A stretch of 64,000 nucleotides of DNA from an uncultured delta proteobacterium (GCA_963806225.1 CAWDXG010000003.1:160001-224000); one strand, 5' to 3'; shown: positions 1 through 9,710, numbered from the stretch's first letter. A program made the numbers and translations. The notes: generated by a model from the letters alone, not told the origin.

Positions 1-1
1 C

Positions 2-391
2 ACCGAGTCGCTGGTCACCGAGCTGCAGCAGATCGCCGGGTCGTTCGACAAGAGCCTGTGCTCCGGTTCGACGTTCGACAGCGTCGCGCAGGAAATCAAG
101 GCCGCGAGCGACATCATGAACGACGGCACCAACGGCGACCCGAAAAAGACCTGCAACGCCATCAGCATCGGCCTCGGCTTCGACGCTTCGGCCGTGCAGC
201 TCGGCGACGTGGCTCCGCCGGCCAAGCCCCAGCCTGACCCCTGCGCCGCTGGCGGCGCGGGCGGCACCGGCGGCACGGCCGGCACCGGCGGCACGGCCGG
301 CACCGGCGGCACCGGCGGCTCCATGGGCGGCACCGGCGGCACCGGCGGCTCCATGGGCGGCGCCGGCGGCGCCGCGGACGCCGGAATCTAG
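2..391 (+). CDS. C-terminal part of a myxobacterial hypothetical (probably secreted or lipo-) protein with a Gly/Thr-rich tail; 5'-truncated by the window edge
   Basis: Frame is open from base 2 (TESLVTELQQIAGSFDKSLC...DPKKTCNAISIGLGFDA) to TAG at 389-391; high-GC3 codon usage; GGT repeats at the end. Confidence 0.75.
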   Translation, partial: TESLVTELQQIAGSFDKSLCSGSTFDSVAQEIKAASDIMNDGTNGDPKKTCNAISIGLGFDASAVQLGDVAPPAKPQPDPCAAGGAGGTGGTAGTGGTAGTGGTGGSMGGTGGTGGSMGGAGGAADAGI

Positions 392-632
392 CCCCGGCCC
401 CCGCCGGAGCCAGGGCGCGCCCCCTGGTCCGACCTTCCTGCACCGCGCGGAACAATTCTGCGCAATAGCAGTGAAGACGGACCCGGGGGCGTTCGTCTAT
501 CCCGGGGCCAGGAGGACACCGTGCGCCCGAGCCTTGCGCTTCCCGGGTGAATTGGACTACCGCTTGCGGGCCGGAGGGCCACGCAGCATCAGGCGCCCGA
601 CCCATCCTGGCGTTTTCCCGGAGGATTCAGCA

Positions 633-1263
633 ATGGTTCGTAGGTCTGCTTTGTTCGTCTCGATTCTGGGCGCGGCCCTGGCCGCTCCCGCTCTCATCGG
701 CTGCACGGCATCCATCAAGGCAGGCGGCGCTGCCAATGCTGGTGAGCAACAGCCCCCGCCGCCGCCGCCTCCGCCGCCTCCCGCGGCGAAGAAGCCCGCT
801 CCCCCCCCAAGGCGGCTCCCCCCCCAAGACGGTCAGCAAGGTCACCCAGAAGGGCGACACCATCAAGCTGCCGGGCAACATCGTCTTCGACACCGGCAAG
901 GCCACTCTGAAGGCCGGTTCGGGCAGCGAGGTCGTGCTCCAGCAGCTCAAGGAGTTCCTCGACCAGAACCCGCAGATCACGCTCCTGCGCGTCGAGGGAC
1001 ACACCGACAACGTCGGCAAACCGGCCGACAACATGGAGCTGTCGGGCCAGCGAGCGCTCACCATCGAGAAGTGGCTGGTGGCTCACGGCGTCAAGGCCGA
1101 CCGGGTCCTGGCGGTAGGCTTCGGCGAGACCAAGCCGATCGCCGACAACTCCACCGACGCGGGCAAGGCCCAGAACCGCCGCACCGAGTTCCACATCGCC
1201 AAGCTCGGCGGCAAGAAGTATCTCGGGATGAACCCCACCGGCGGCGGCAAGGTCTTCAAGTAG
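633..1263 (+). CDS. OmpA/MotB-like peptidoglycan-binding lipoprotein; frameshifted in two C8 tracts (801-808, 818-825)
   Basis: GGAGGA RBS; ATG 633 gives MVRRSALFVSILGAALAAPALIGC (lipobox) and a poly-Pro linker. The other frame gives the OmpA domain: IVFDTGKATL, VEGHTDNVG, LSGQRA, GFGETKPIADN, NRRTEF. Confidence 0.88.
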
Positions 1264-1461
1264 GCCCGCTGCCCAATTGCCCGCCCTGCGGGTAGCCGCA
1301 CGAGCCGGCCCGGTCGATGACCGGTGCCGGCTCGTCGGCTTCTGGGGACGGAGCGCCGGAGACCGCCCACACCGCTGTCGGCCCGCCGGCTGGGAGCCGG
1401 CCGCTGGCCCCGGTGGCGGGTCTGCTGGAAGGCGGATTCAGCTGCTGCTATCCAGGGGCCG

Positions 1462-2031
1462 ATGAGCTCCTCTTTCCGCCGCGCCGGGCTGCTGTTCGCT
1501 CTCCTCGTGCTGGCGGCTGCCTGCAGCCGCGCACCGAAGGATCTCCGGGTCTGGCGACCTTCGGATCACGACCGCACCGAGGAGACCACGAACGCGCAGT
1601 CGCCCGCCGCGGCCAACAGCGCAGGCGGGGGTGACCTGAGCCAACCGGCCAAGATGCTTGGCGTCGACCAGGTCGTCCTGGTCACGTGGCGGCAGAACTG
1701 CACGCGTTGCCACGGCATGCTCGGTCGGGGTGACGGCCCGCAGGGAGCCATGACCGGCGCGCGCAATCTCTCCGATCCGGCGTGGCAGGCGTCGGTGACC
1801 GACGCGCAGATCGCCACGGCAATCACCAAGGGCAAGGGGCGCATGCCGCACTTCGATCTTCCGGCAGCCACCGTGACGGGACTGATCCGCCTGGTACGCA
1901 TGATGAACGCGGATCCCAGCGCCCGTCCGGCAAGCGCACCGGACGATGCCGACGGTGGCCCGCCGACGAAGGCCGCCAAGGCCGCCCGGGCGCACCCGGC
2001 CAGACGGAAGCCCACCCAAAGACCGCAATGA
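1462..2031 (+). CDS. c-type cytochrome lipoprotein
   Basis: Lipobox LAAAC; heme motif CTRCH; distal Met region GKGRMPHF. Confidence 0.85.
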   Translation: MSSSFRRAGLLFALLVLAAACSRAPKDLRVWRPSDHDRTEETTNAQSPAAANSAGGGDLSQPAKMLGVDQVVLVTWRQNCTRCHGMLGRGDGPQGAMTGARNLSDPAWQASVTDAQIATAITKGKGRMPHFDLPAATVTGLIRLVRMMNADPSARPASAPDDADGGPPTKAAKAARAHPARRKPTQRPQ

Positions 2032-2504
2032 GCAGCGAGCCCGAAGCCGGCAGCGACACCGGGGAGGCCGACGAGGACGAGCCGCGGCGGGGATACAACT
2101 GGAGACAGCACCTGCCCCGCCTGGTCCTGCTCGGCGGCCTGGCGGTGGCGGCGGTGGTGGTGGCGCCGACGATCCCCCGCGACCAGACGCTGGTGTTCCG
2201 GCTGGGCGAGGAGGTCCAGCCGGTCCACAGGTTGGAGGCGACGTGGACCCGGTACGGCCAGGAAGAGCCGACCGGCGGCGTCACACTCACTTTCCCGGAC
2301 CACGCGCCCAGCCGCGTGCGCCACCAGCTCCACGTGCCCAACGGACAATACGTGCTCGCCATCGTGCTCGAGCGCGCCGCCCCGGAGACAACTTCCCGCG
2401 GGCGCGCTAATCTGCCCCGCGAGCATACCGCACGGATCCGCTACGTCCGGCGCGTCGACCTCGAGGGCGGCGAGACACTTGTTCCGCTCTGGCAGGAGAA
2501 CTGA
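2028..2504 (+). CDS. hypothetical single-pass membrane protein
   Basis: ATGA overlap with the cytochrome c stop; TM segment [15 protein letters not shown]. Confidence 0.7.
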   Translation: MSSEPEAGSDTGEADEDEPRRGYNWRQHLPRLVLLGGLAVAAVVVAPTIPRDQTLVFRLGEEVQPVHRLEATWTRYGQEEPTGGVTLTFPDHAPSRVRHQLHVPNGQYVLAIVLERAAPETTSRGRANLPREHTARIRYVRRVDLEGGETLVPLWQEN

Positions 2505-2505
2505 C

Positions 2506-3855
2506 GTGAGTCAACCATCGGAGATCGCCACGCGCGCGGCGCGCTCGAACGACGCCCTCCCGGAGGAGCTGGTCCTGGTGGTGGTCAGCGGGCAGGCGCG
2601 CGGTCGGCGTGTGAAGGTCCAGGATCGCATGCGCATCGGCAAGGCGCCGGACAACGATCTGGTCCTGCCCGACGACACCGTCTCCCGCCACCACTGCGAG
2701 CTGCAGCGCGGCAAGGCGGGCATCGTGGTGCGCGACCTCGGCTCCACCAACCACACGCGCGTCGGACGCACCACGGTGCGCGAAGCCACCGTGGAGCCAG
2801 GCTCTACGCTCACCGTCGGCGATGTGGAGCTCATCCTGCGCTCCGAGCTCAATCGGGCGCAGATCCTGCCCAGCGAGTCCGACCGCTTCGGCGAAACGCT
2901 CGGCACCAGCCTGGCGATGCGCAGCATCTTCGGCATCCTCGAGCGCATCGCGCCCACGGACGCAGCGGTGCTCCTCGAAGGCGAGACCGGCACCGGCAAG
3001 GATGTCATCGCCCGGGCCGTCCATGAACAAAGCCCACGCAGCGGACAGCCCTTCGTGGTCGTCGATTGCGGTGCGGTCAGCTACAACCTGATCGAGAGCG
3101 AGCTGTTCGGCCATGAGCGCGGCGCCTTCACCGGGGCGGTCGCTTCGCGCCAGGGCGCGTTCGAGACGGCCGGACGGGGTAGCCTGTTCCTCGACGAGGT
3201 CGGCGAGCTGCCCCTCGACGTGCAACCGAAGCTGCTCAGGGTGCTCGAGTCCGGCGAGTTCCGCCGGGTCGGCGGCAACCGGACGTTGCGCGCCGAAGCG
3301 CGCATCATCGCGGCCACCAAACGTGACCTGAAACTGGAGGTCGAGCGCGGGAAATTCCGGGAGGATCTCTACTTCCGCCTCGCGGTGGTTCCCATCAGCG
3401 TGCCGCCGCTCAGGACGCGGCGCGAGGACATCCCCGCGCTCGTGGAGCACTTCCTGGCGCTCGCCCGCAAGCGCGACCCTGCCGCCGCGGACATCACGCT
3501 CTCACCGGGTACCGTCGCCGCGCTGTCGGCACACGACTGGCCGGGCAACGTGCGGGAGCTGCGTAACGTGCTGGACCGCGCCATCTACATCGCGACGGCA
3601 AGCGGCGACAAGGAGCTGAGGCTGGTGGATCTGCCGGTGTCGGCCTCCGCGGGGTCGAAAGCACCGGACACGTTGTCGTTCTCGCCGGCACAGAGCTACC
3701 GCGAGACGCGCGCTGCGTACGAGGCGGACTTCGAGCAACGCTATGTGGCGTGGCTGCTCGCGCGCCACAAGGGAAACATCAGCGCGGCCGCCCGCGAAGC
3801 GCGCATGGACCGCAAGCACCTGTACGACCTGGCACGCAAGCACGGGCTGCGCTGA
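2506..3855 (+). CDS. FHA-domain sigma-54-dependent transcriptional activator (FHA-AAA+-Fis HTH)
   Basis: FHA ([23 protein letters not shown]); Walker [41 protein letters not shown]-terminal [13 protein letters not shown]. Confidence 0.95.
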   Translation: MSQPSEIATRAARSNDALPEELVLVVVSGQARGRRVKVQDRMRIGKAPDNDLVLPDDTVSRHHCELQRGKAGIVVRDLGSTNHTRVGRTTVREATVEPGSTLTVGDVELILRSELNRAQILPSESDRFGETLGTSLAMRSIFGILERIAPTDAAVLLEGETGTGKDVIARAVHEQSPRSGQPFVVVDCGAVSYNLIESELFGHERGAFTGAVASRQGAFETAGRGSLFLDEVGELPLDVQPKLLRVLESGEFRRVGGNRTLRAEARIIAATKRDLKLEVERGKFREDLYFRLAVVPISVPPLRTRREDIPALVEHFLALARKRDPAAADITLSPGTVAALSAHDWPGNVRELRNVLDRAIYIATASGDKELRLVDLPVSASAGSKAPDTLSFSPAQSYRETRAAYEADFEQRYVAWLLARHKGNISAAAREARMDRKHLYDLARKHGLR

Positions 3856-3861
3856 GCCGCG

Positions 3862-5077
3862 TCAACGCGAACAGGGCGCGGTCGGCGCGTCGACGTGCCG
3901 GGCGAGTGGGGCCATCGTACTGCCGATGAGCACCCCGCCGGCGAAATACGACGCCGAGTCGGAGTCGGGCAGGATGTCGTACGTCGCATCGTGCGTGTAG
4001 GGCTCCAGACGCACGTCCGTGATGCGGACTCCGTCGAGGCGCGCGCCGCGACGGAGATCGCCGAACGTTCGACCGTCGGTTGTGGGATGCGCCGGGCTGA
4101 TCTCGAGCACGCTGCCCGTGGCCAACACGACGCGAACAACGAAGTGGTGATGCGCCGGAACCGAGTGCACCGCCAGTAGCGGCACCGTGACCACACGGCC
4201 GTGGTCGACGCTGTAGACCAGAATCGCCGGCGCGAAGCGACGCGATGGGACGGTCGCCCGAAGGGGTCGCGATGGGCGTGTCCGGCGAGGCGCAGACACA
4301 GGTGGCGCATCCCTGCGGGCAGGTTCCACCCGCAGTCGCCTTGACGCATGTGGTGACGGTGAAATTCTGCTGGTAGGTGCAGCAGATCTCGCCCTGACTG
4401 CAGCACTCCGAACCACAGCAGAGCCCGTTCTTGCAGGTCGTTCCGCTCTGGCACGGAGGCGTCCCGCATGTGCCGTTGTGACAGTACGGGAACGAGCCGG
4501 TGCACTTGTGCCCGCAGCCGCCGCAGTTGTTGATGTCGTTGTCCAGGTTGACGCAGGTGCTGTTGCAGCAGTCGAACTGGCACACCTGGCTGCACGAGCC
4601 GCCCGCGCCGCCGCTGCCCGCCGTACCGCCGCTGCCCGCCGTGCCGCCGCTGCCCGCCGTGCCGCCGCTGCCCGCCGTGCCGCCGCTGCCGCCGCTACCC
4701 GCGCTGCTGTCGACGCCGCTGTCCGCCGTGCCGCCGCTGCCCGCCGTGCCGCCGCTGCCCGCCGTGCCGCCGCTGCCCGCCGTGCCGCCGCTGCCCGCCG
4801 TGCCGCCCGTCGCGGCGCCGCCCGCCGCGCCGCCCGTTGCGCCGCCCGTCGCGCCGCCGCCCGCCGCGCCGCCCGTTGCGCTGCCCGCCGTGCCGCCGCC
4901 GCCCGCCGCGCCGCTGCCGCCCGCCGCGCCGCTGCCGCCCGTTGCGCCGCTGCCGCCGCTACCCGCGCTGCTGTCGACGCCGCTGTCCGGACCGTTACCG
5001 GTCAGATCGGTGCTCGAGCTGCCGCACCCCACCGCCACGACGAACGCGCACACCATAGCGACAAGACCCCACCGCAT
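3862..5077 (-). CDS. Gly-rich/Cys-rich lipoprotein with a C-terminal Hint (hedgehog/intein-like) domain; 1-bp frameshift near 4222
   Basis: Lipobox VAVGC; GSGGTA repeats; Cys-rich repeat (NNCGGCGHKC); Hint blocks CASPDTPIATPSGDRPIASLRAGD(L)VYS, ISPAHPT, TYDILPDSDSASYFAGGVLIGST. Confidence 0.82.
4608..4990 (-). repeat. Coding 18-bp tandem repeats (GSGGTA)n plus a duplicated DSGVDSSAGSGGSG block
   Basis: ccgccgctgcccgccgtg repeated many times on the + strand. Confidence 0.85.
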
Positions 5078-5234
5078 TCTGTGAGGATACCACCACCGCG
5101 GCTCGACGGGCCCTCCCTCTGCGTTCCGTCCAGCCCGGAACCGTAGCCCCGGTTGACATGCCTCATGCCTATGGCGAGGCCGCCCGCAAGCGCCTACGCG
5201 AGCCCGGAAACACCGCGCCGCGCCGCCCTCCGAG

Positions 5235-6500
5235 CTAGAACTGTCCGCCGATGCCGAGGCCCCCGACGATCGCGAACGTATCGTCCGGCGCACGCCCAGC
5301 CCACGTGAACTGGTCGAGCTTCGTCTTGATCACGTCCAGGCTCGCCTCGGTCGACAGGCTCAGCAGCATGCCGGCAATGCGATCGCTCTTGTCCCCATTC
5401 CACGTGGCAATCAGCCGGCCGCCGCCGAGGAAGCTATGCAGCGGCGAGAGCTCGCGGTCACCCGTCCAGTACTGGCCGCGCGGGCCGTTGACAGGCTCGC
5501 CGCCGGTGTAGTCGTCACTCCAGAACAGCGCGCCCGTCTGCGTGTAGAACCGCCCGCGCAGCTTCAGCCTGAGCCACGACAGCATGTAGCGCTCCGCGTT
5601 GATCTCGTAGGTCTGGCTGAGGATGTCCCAGGTGTCGCGGTAGATGCGCGCGTCGATGCCGAAAGCAGTAGCGAGCGGCTTGACGTAGTACTTGGCGCGG
5701 AGCGCCGCCGCAGCCCGGGCGCGATTGCCGGGATGGTGCTCCTGGGCGGCGCTGCCAGCTGCCGAGATCACGACCGAGCGATACGGATTGCTCAAGAAGC
5801 CGTGCTGCAGCTGTCCGCTGAACACCAGCTGCGTCGTGAACAGCGGCGTCCAGCTCTGCGTCCAGCCGATCTGGAAGCTGTCGAGATCGATCGGCATCAG
5901 CCGGCGGGTCTTCACGCCGGTGAAGCACCCCTTCGAGCTGTCGAGACGGGGCCGCAGTGTAGGCGAGAGGGTGTCGGCGTAGTTGACGTTGCACACCTTG
6001 TCGAAGCCGCGCCCGTACGACAGCTCGATCTGCGTGTTTTTCTGGAAGAAGTCACTGCCGGCGTTGACCGTGAACGAGTTCGATCGGTAGTCGTGCTCCG
6101 TGCCGTAGGTGTAGCTCGCTCCCAGATGCGTGTGCTTGCGCGTGATGGTGAAGCCGCCGTTCACCACGTGCCTGAAGTCGTGGACCGACGCGGCGGACAC
6201 CACGTCCGGCGGCGATGACGGGCCGGCTTTCACAGCCTCGCTGGCGCCGGACACGATGTCCGCCTCGTAACCGGCGTTCACGCTGAGGAACTCCCACGGC
6301 GACACCTTGAGCTGTACCGATGGTGTCAGCACGGTCATCTTGCTCGTCGGGGACGGCTCGTGGAAGACCGTCGCACGCAGCCGCGTGTCGACGACCTGCG
6401 CCCGCGCGCGCACCGGCACGAGCAGCGATACGAACGCGAGCACCAGCGCCGCGAACGCAGGGCCCGTGCGGCTCCACAGGGTCTGGCGGAGCGCCGTCAT
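5235..6500 (-). CDS. DUF3570-family outer-membrane beta-barrel protein
   Basis: Signal peptide (..RARAQ); ADIVSGAS, EHDYRSNS, GFLSNPYRSV, RIYRDTWDI, RFYTQTGA, DRELSP; C-terminal Phe; directly downstream of DUF4266. Confidence 0.8.
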   Translation of the reverse strand: MTALRQTLWSRTGPAFAALVLAFVSLLVPVRARAQVVDTRLRATVFHEPSPTSKMTVLTPSVQLKVSPWEFLSVNAGYEADIVSGASEAVKAGPSSPPDVVSAASVHDFRHVVNGGFTITRKHTHLGASYTYGTEHDYRSNSFTVNAGSDFFQKNTQIELSYGRGFDKVCNVNYADTLSPTLRPRLDSSKGCFTGVKTRRLMPIDLDSFQIGWTQSWTPLFTTQLVFSGQLQHGFLSNPYRSVVISAAGSAAQEHHPGNRARAAAALRAKYYVKPLATAFGIDARIYRDTWDILSQTYEINAERYMLSWLRLKLRGRFYTQTGALFWSDDYTGGEPVNGPRGQYWTGDRELSPLHSFLGGGRLIATWNGDKSDRIAGMLLSLSTEASLDVIKTKLDQFTWAGRAPDDTFAIVGGLGIGGQF

Positions 6501-6536
6501 CAGCCTGGATCCCGACTTCCGGTCATGGTGCCCACA

Positions 6537-6803
6537 TCAGTTGCAGCCGCAGCCGCCTCCCTGCACCGAGCCGCCGCCGTAGGCGCCTTCCCGGTTCTCG
6601 AGCACGTGTTGGAGCGCGGCTTCTTCCCCGGGGTCGTTCTGGAACTGCATGACCGGATCGGCCAGGACCGCACGCTGCTCGGGACGCACCGTCGCGCAAC
6701 CGCCCAGCGCGAGCAGCGCGAGGCACAGCATAGGCATCAGCAGCCACACCACAGCGCGACCGGTTCCGCGGACGGGAGGACTGGTGGGGTTGTCGATTTG
6801 CAC
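6537..6803 (-). CDS. DUF4266-family small lipoprotein
   Basis: LALGGCATVRPEQRAVLADPVM...REGAYGGGSVQGGGCGCN, the characteristic C-terminal GGGCGCN. Confidence 0.9.
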   Translation of the reverse strand: MQIDNPTSPPVRGTGRAVVWLLMPMLCLALLALGGCATVRPEQRAVLADPVMQFQNDPGEEAALQHVLENREGAYGGGSVQGGGCGCN

Positions 6804-6815
6804 TGTGATCTCCCT

Positions 6816-7577
6816 CTAGAAGTACGTGCCAAGCCCACCGATGTAGCTCTGCACGTTCTTGTACGAGTCCTCCGTGAACACGATCGTATTGGTCGCCTCG
6901 AAGCGGAACAGGATCCTCCAGCGCAGCGACACCAGGAGCCCCCCGCCGGCGCGCGCCTGGAAGAAGTTCCGCGGCGACTGATGGAGATTCGCGCTCGGCT
7001 GATCGCGCAGGCCGCCCGCGCCCAGGGTGACGTAGGGTGCGACCGCCCAGTCCGGCGCGAGATCCAGCGAAGCACCCAGACCGTAGACGAGACGGCGCGC
7101 GTCGGTCTGCATCGCCAGACCGATGTAGGGTTCGACCGACACTGCCGGCGCGAGCACCAGCGCGGGCTTGAATTCGACATAGCCGTCGCGGTCGAATACG
7201 CCGCCGCACAGCGCAAACCCACCGTGCGCCTCCTCCAGCGCCGGCGGTGCGAAGAAGCCGGGCTTGACGGCACCCTCCGGTGCCCCGGGGCCCGCGCCCA
7301 CCGTCTCGATAGTGTCGCCCAGGACGTAGCCCACGCGCCCGTCGGGCAGCACGACCTGCAACCAGAAGCCGGCACCGGCGCGCCCCTGGATCAGGAAGGT
7401 ATCGCCGCGGTGCGCATGATAGATGACGCGGTGGGAGACGCCCGGACCCGAACGCAGCGCGGTCTCGGCGACAATCACCCGCGCGAAGGCATCCACGTCG
7501 CTGTCGTCCTGCGCCCACGCAGGCAGCGCCGCACACAAAAGCGCCACGGCACACAGGATCGGGACCAGGGCTCTCAT
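6816..7577 (-). CDS. SH3-like domain plus outer-membrane beta-barrel protein
   Basis: Signal peptide (..PAWAQ); SH3b-like LRSGPGVSHRVI..FWLQVVLPDGRVGYV; alternating beta strands ending IGGLGTYF; ATGA overlap with the upstream gene. Confidence 0.75.
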   Translation of the reverse strand: MRALVPILCAVALLCAALPAWAQDDSDVDAFARVIVAETALRSGPGVSHRVIYHAHRGDTFLIQGRAGAGFWLQVVLPDGRVGYVLGDTIETVGAGPGAPEGAVKPGFFAPPALEEAHGGFALCGGVFDRDGYVEFKPALVLAPAVSVEPYIGLAMQTDARRLVYGLGASLDLAPDWAVAPYVTLGAGGLRDQPSANLHQSPRNFFQARAGGGLLVSLRWRILFRFEATNTIVFTEDSYKNVQSYIGGLGTYF

Positions 7578-8110
7578 TGACTCGAGAACTTCGTCGCCCA
7601 CTGCCGGATGATGTCGGCCTGGGGGCTGTTCGACTTGAAGATGACGCGCGGATGAGCCGCCACGCCCGTAGGTCTGTTGAGGAGCGCCGCCGTGTCCGGG
7701 TCGCGTTCCATCTTCGCCTCCGAGGTACGGTAGTTGTTCTCGGCTGCGACGGGAGGCGACTGGCCGGGAGCGGCGTTGTTGCCGCACGACTTGCCGACCA
7801 GAGGCGAGTAGTTGGTGAGCCGGTAGCTGGTCACGTTGAAGTGACAGCCACCCGACGCGTCCCCCTTCGACGGATCGCCCGAGCCGCAACGCATCTGGAA
7901 CAGCATCGGCTCGACCTTGCAGTAGAAGTAGTTCGAGTCGTAGACGACCTCGGCGATGCCGAAGTCCTGACCGGGGTCCACCGTGCTCGGGAAGAACCCG
8001 CTGTCGCCGCAGCCGACCACGAGCAGGCTGGCCAGCAGCAACACCAGCCGGCCGAGCGTCCTCGCGGCGCGGGACAGCGGGGATGCGCGTCGAAGCGTTG
8101 CGGGGACCAC
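7574..8110 (-). CDS. hypothetical lipoprotein with a C-X13-CH motif
   Basis: Lipobox LVVGC; RCGSGDPSKGDASGGCH; start uncertain (GTG 8110 preferred, 8143 in the ORF track). Confidence 0.7.
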   Translation of the reverse strand: MVPATLRRASPLSRAARTLGRLVLLLASLLVVGCGDSGFFPSTVDPGQDFGIAEVVYDSNYFYCKVEPMLFQMRCGSGDPSKGDASGGCHFNVTSYRLTNYSPLVGKSCGNNAAPGQSPPVAAENNYRTSEAKMERDPDTAALLNRPTGVAAHPRVIFKSNSPQADIIRQWATKFSSQ

Positions 8111-8288
8111 GGCCGAGCACGCTAACAAAGCCGCCCCGCGCACGCGAGCTTGACGGATGTCGGGTCACCCGCTGTATGCCGCGGTCGGCTACATACCCAC
8201 ATAAATATGTCGCAGAGCGACAAGTCCCTTGAATGCCCCGGCTAGGCCCGCTAACAGTTGGCCCGCTTCACGCGCCAGTAGCATACTG

Positions 8289-8314
8289 TCCTACATTGTC
8301 CTACGTCATCCTAC
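8289..8314. promoter_or_regulatory. Three TCCTAC direct repeats at 10-bp periodicity in a divergent promoter region
   Basis: tcctac at 8289, 8299 and 8309, just downstream of a CATACT -10-like hexamer (8282-8287). Confidence 0.5.
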
Positions 8315-8374
8315 CTTGAGCACCGTGTGGGGGTTTCGCTCCGGGGTTTCCGCCCCGCCTCGCGGAGAAGCTGA

Positions 8375-8548
8375 ATGAAGCTGAATTTCTGGTACCTGGC
8401 TGCTCTGATTCCCCTCGCTCTGCTCGCCAGCGGCGCCTTCGGTGCGCAGATCGCTGTGCTCGGGCTCGCGCTAGGTATCTTTTTCGGCACACTATCGCTC
8501 GGCAAGTCGTCGCCCGGCGACGCGACGACCACGAATCCCGGCCACTGA
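8375..8548 (+). CDS. small hydrophobic membrane protein (57 aa), absent from the ORF track
   Basis: GGAGAAG RBS then MKLNFWYLAALIPLALLASGAFGAQIAVLGLALGIFFGTLSLGKSSPGDATTTNPGH*. Confidence 0.55.
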   Translation: MKLNFWYLAALIPLALLASGAFGAQIAVLGLALGIFFGTLSLGKSSPGDATTTNPGH

Positions 8549-8588
8549 CAACGCGCCGTGACGCCGGGCCCGCCAAGGTGATGGGCCA

Positions 8589-9710
8589 CTGACTCCGCGC
8601 TCCGACAGCGAAGCTCCTCGTTCCAGCGAACGACCCGTAGCGTCCCAGGCGCCGGCTGCGCTGAAGCGCATCGACGAGCTGTCGCTGCACGACGTGGAAG
8701 CGCTCAGGCTCATCCTGCGCGGAGGCTCCGTCGTGGACTGGCATCGCCTGAACTTCACGAGCCGCGAACCAGCGCGCCGCTTCATCGAGAACTACGAGCT
8801 CGACCCGGCCGACGCGGGTGACCGGGAGTTCATGGACCACATGAAGGCCGAGGCGATCAGCTACCTGCGTCGCAACTTCGCCTTCGCTATCCCGAAACCC
8901 GTCGAGCGCGCCAGCATCGAGGATCTGCTCGTGATGGCCTCGGGCAAGGGCCACCGGCAGCTGTGCGCCTGTACGATCCTCAAGTCGGTCCAGATCATCA
9001 ACCACATGGCGGGGCGCGAGCTATTGTTCCGCTTGCCCGTGAGCGACCGGGATCTGTTCCACTTCGTGGAGGAGAAGGTCTACCGCGTCGTCGGCACGAT
9101 GCTGAGCGAAGGCTTCCCGATCACGGAGTTCATCGGGGGCCGCAAGAACCTCGACTCGACGTACACCAAGCTCCTGTCCAAACCGGAAGCGACCGCCGCG
9201 GCCCTGTACGACAAGCTCCGATTCCGCATCGTCACGCGCACGCGCGACCACATCCTGCCCGTGCTGGCGTATCTGACCGAGCGGCTGTTTCCGTTCAACT
9301 ACGTGGTGCCGAACGAGAGCACGAACACGATCTTCCATTTCCGGAGCTACTGCGAAACGCATCCTCACCTGCGCAAGATGGTCGACCGGTTCCAGGGCGA
9401 GCTCGACGACGAGCTGACGCCCGGAGACAACCGCTTCAGCGCGGCCAGCTACCGCGTGATCCATTTCGTGACGGACGTGCCGGTGCGCGTGCCGCCGCAC
9501 ATCATGGAGCTAGCTCCGCCCGGCTCCGAGAACCTCGGACCCATCGTCTACATGCTGTGCGAGTTCCAGCTGCTGGACGCCGAAACCGAGGCCGCCAACG
9601 AGTCGGGCGACGCGAGCCACGAAGCGTACAAGCAGCGCCAGCGCGAGGCGGTGTTCGGCCGCCTGAGGCTGGGGGCACGCCCCGCGCGCTCGCCCAAGCG
9701 CTCTCGCTAG
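8589..9710 (+). CDS. TIGR04552-like protein with RelA/SpoT synthetase-like (nucleotidyltransferase) motifs
   Basis: LILRGGSVVDWHRLNF N-terminus; GRKNLDSTYTKL, LYDKLRFRIVT, YRVIHFV, EFQLLD..ANESGDASHEAYK. Start uncertain: frame open from 8562, first GTG at 8694, possible CTG at 8589. Confidence 0.8.
   Translation: MTPRSDSEAPRSSERPVASQAPAALKRIDELSLHDVEALRLILRGGSVVDWHRLNFTSREPARRFIENYELDPADAGDREFMDHMKAEAISYLRRNFAFAIPKPVERASIEDLLVMASGKGHRQLCACTILKSVQIINHMAGRELLFRLPVSDRDLFHFVEEKVYRVVGTMLSEGFPITEFIGGRKNLDSTYTKLLSKPEATAAALYDKLRFRIVTRTRDHILPVLAYLTERLFPFNYVVPNESTNTIFHFRSYCETHPHLRKMVDRFQGELDDELTPGDNRFSAASYRVIHFVTDVPVRVPPHIMELAPPGSENLGPIVYMLCEFQLLDAETEAANESGDASHEAYKQRQREAVFGRLRLGARPARSPKRSR

Noticed and set aside
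250..380. Gly/Thr-coding tandem repeats here, plus the coding repeats at 4608-4990, 22520-22575 and 48715-48850, as mobile or regulatory repeats
   Set aside because: They are in-frame low-complexity protein linkers typical of myxobacterial proteins.
8258..8274. Sigma-54 promoter TTGGCCCGCTTCACGC
   Set aside because: GG-N10-GC spacing fits, but the -12 element is poor and such matches are frequent in GC-rich DNA.
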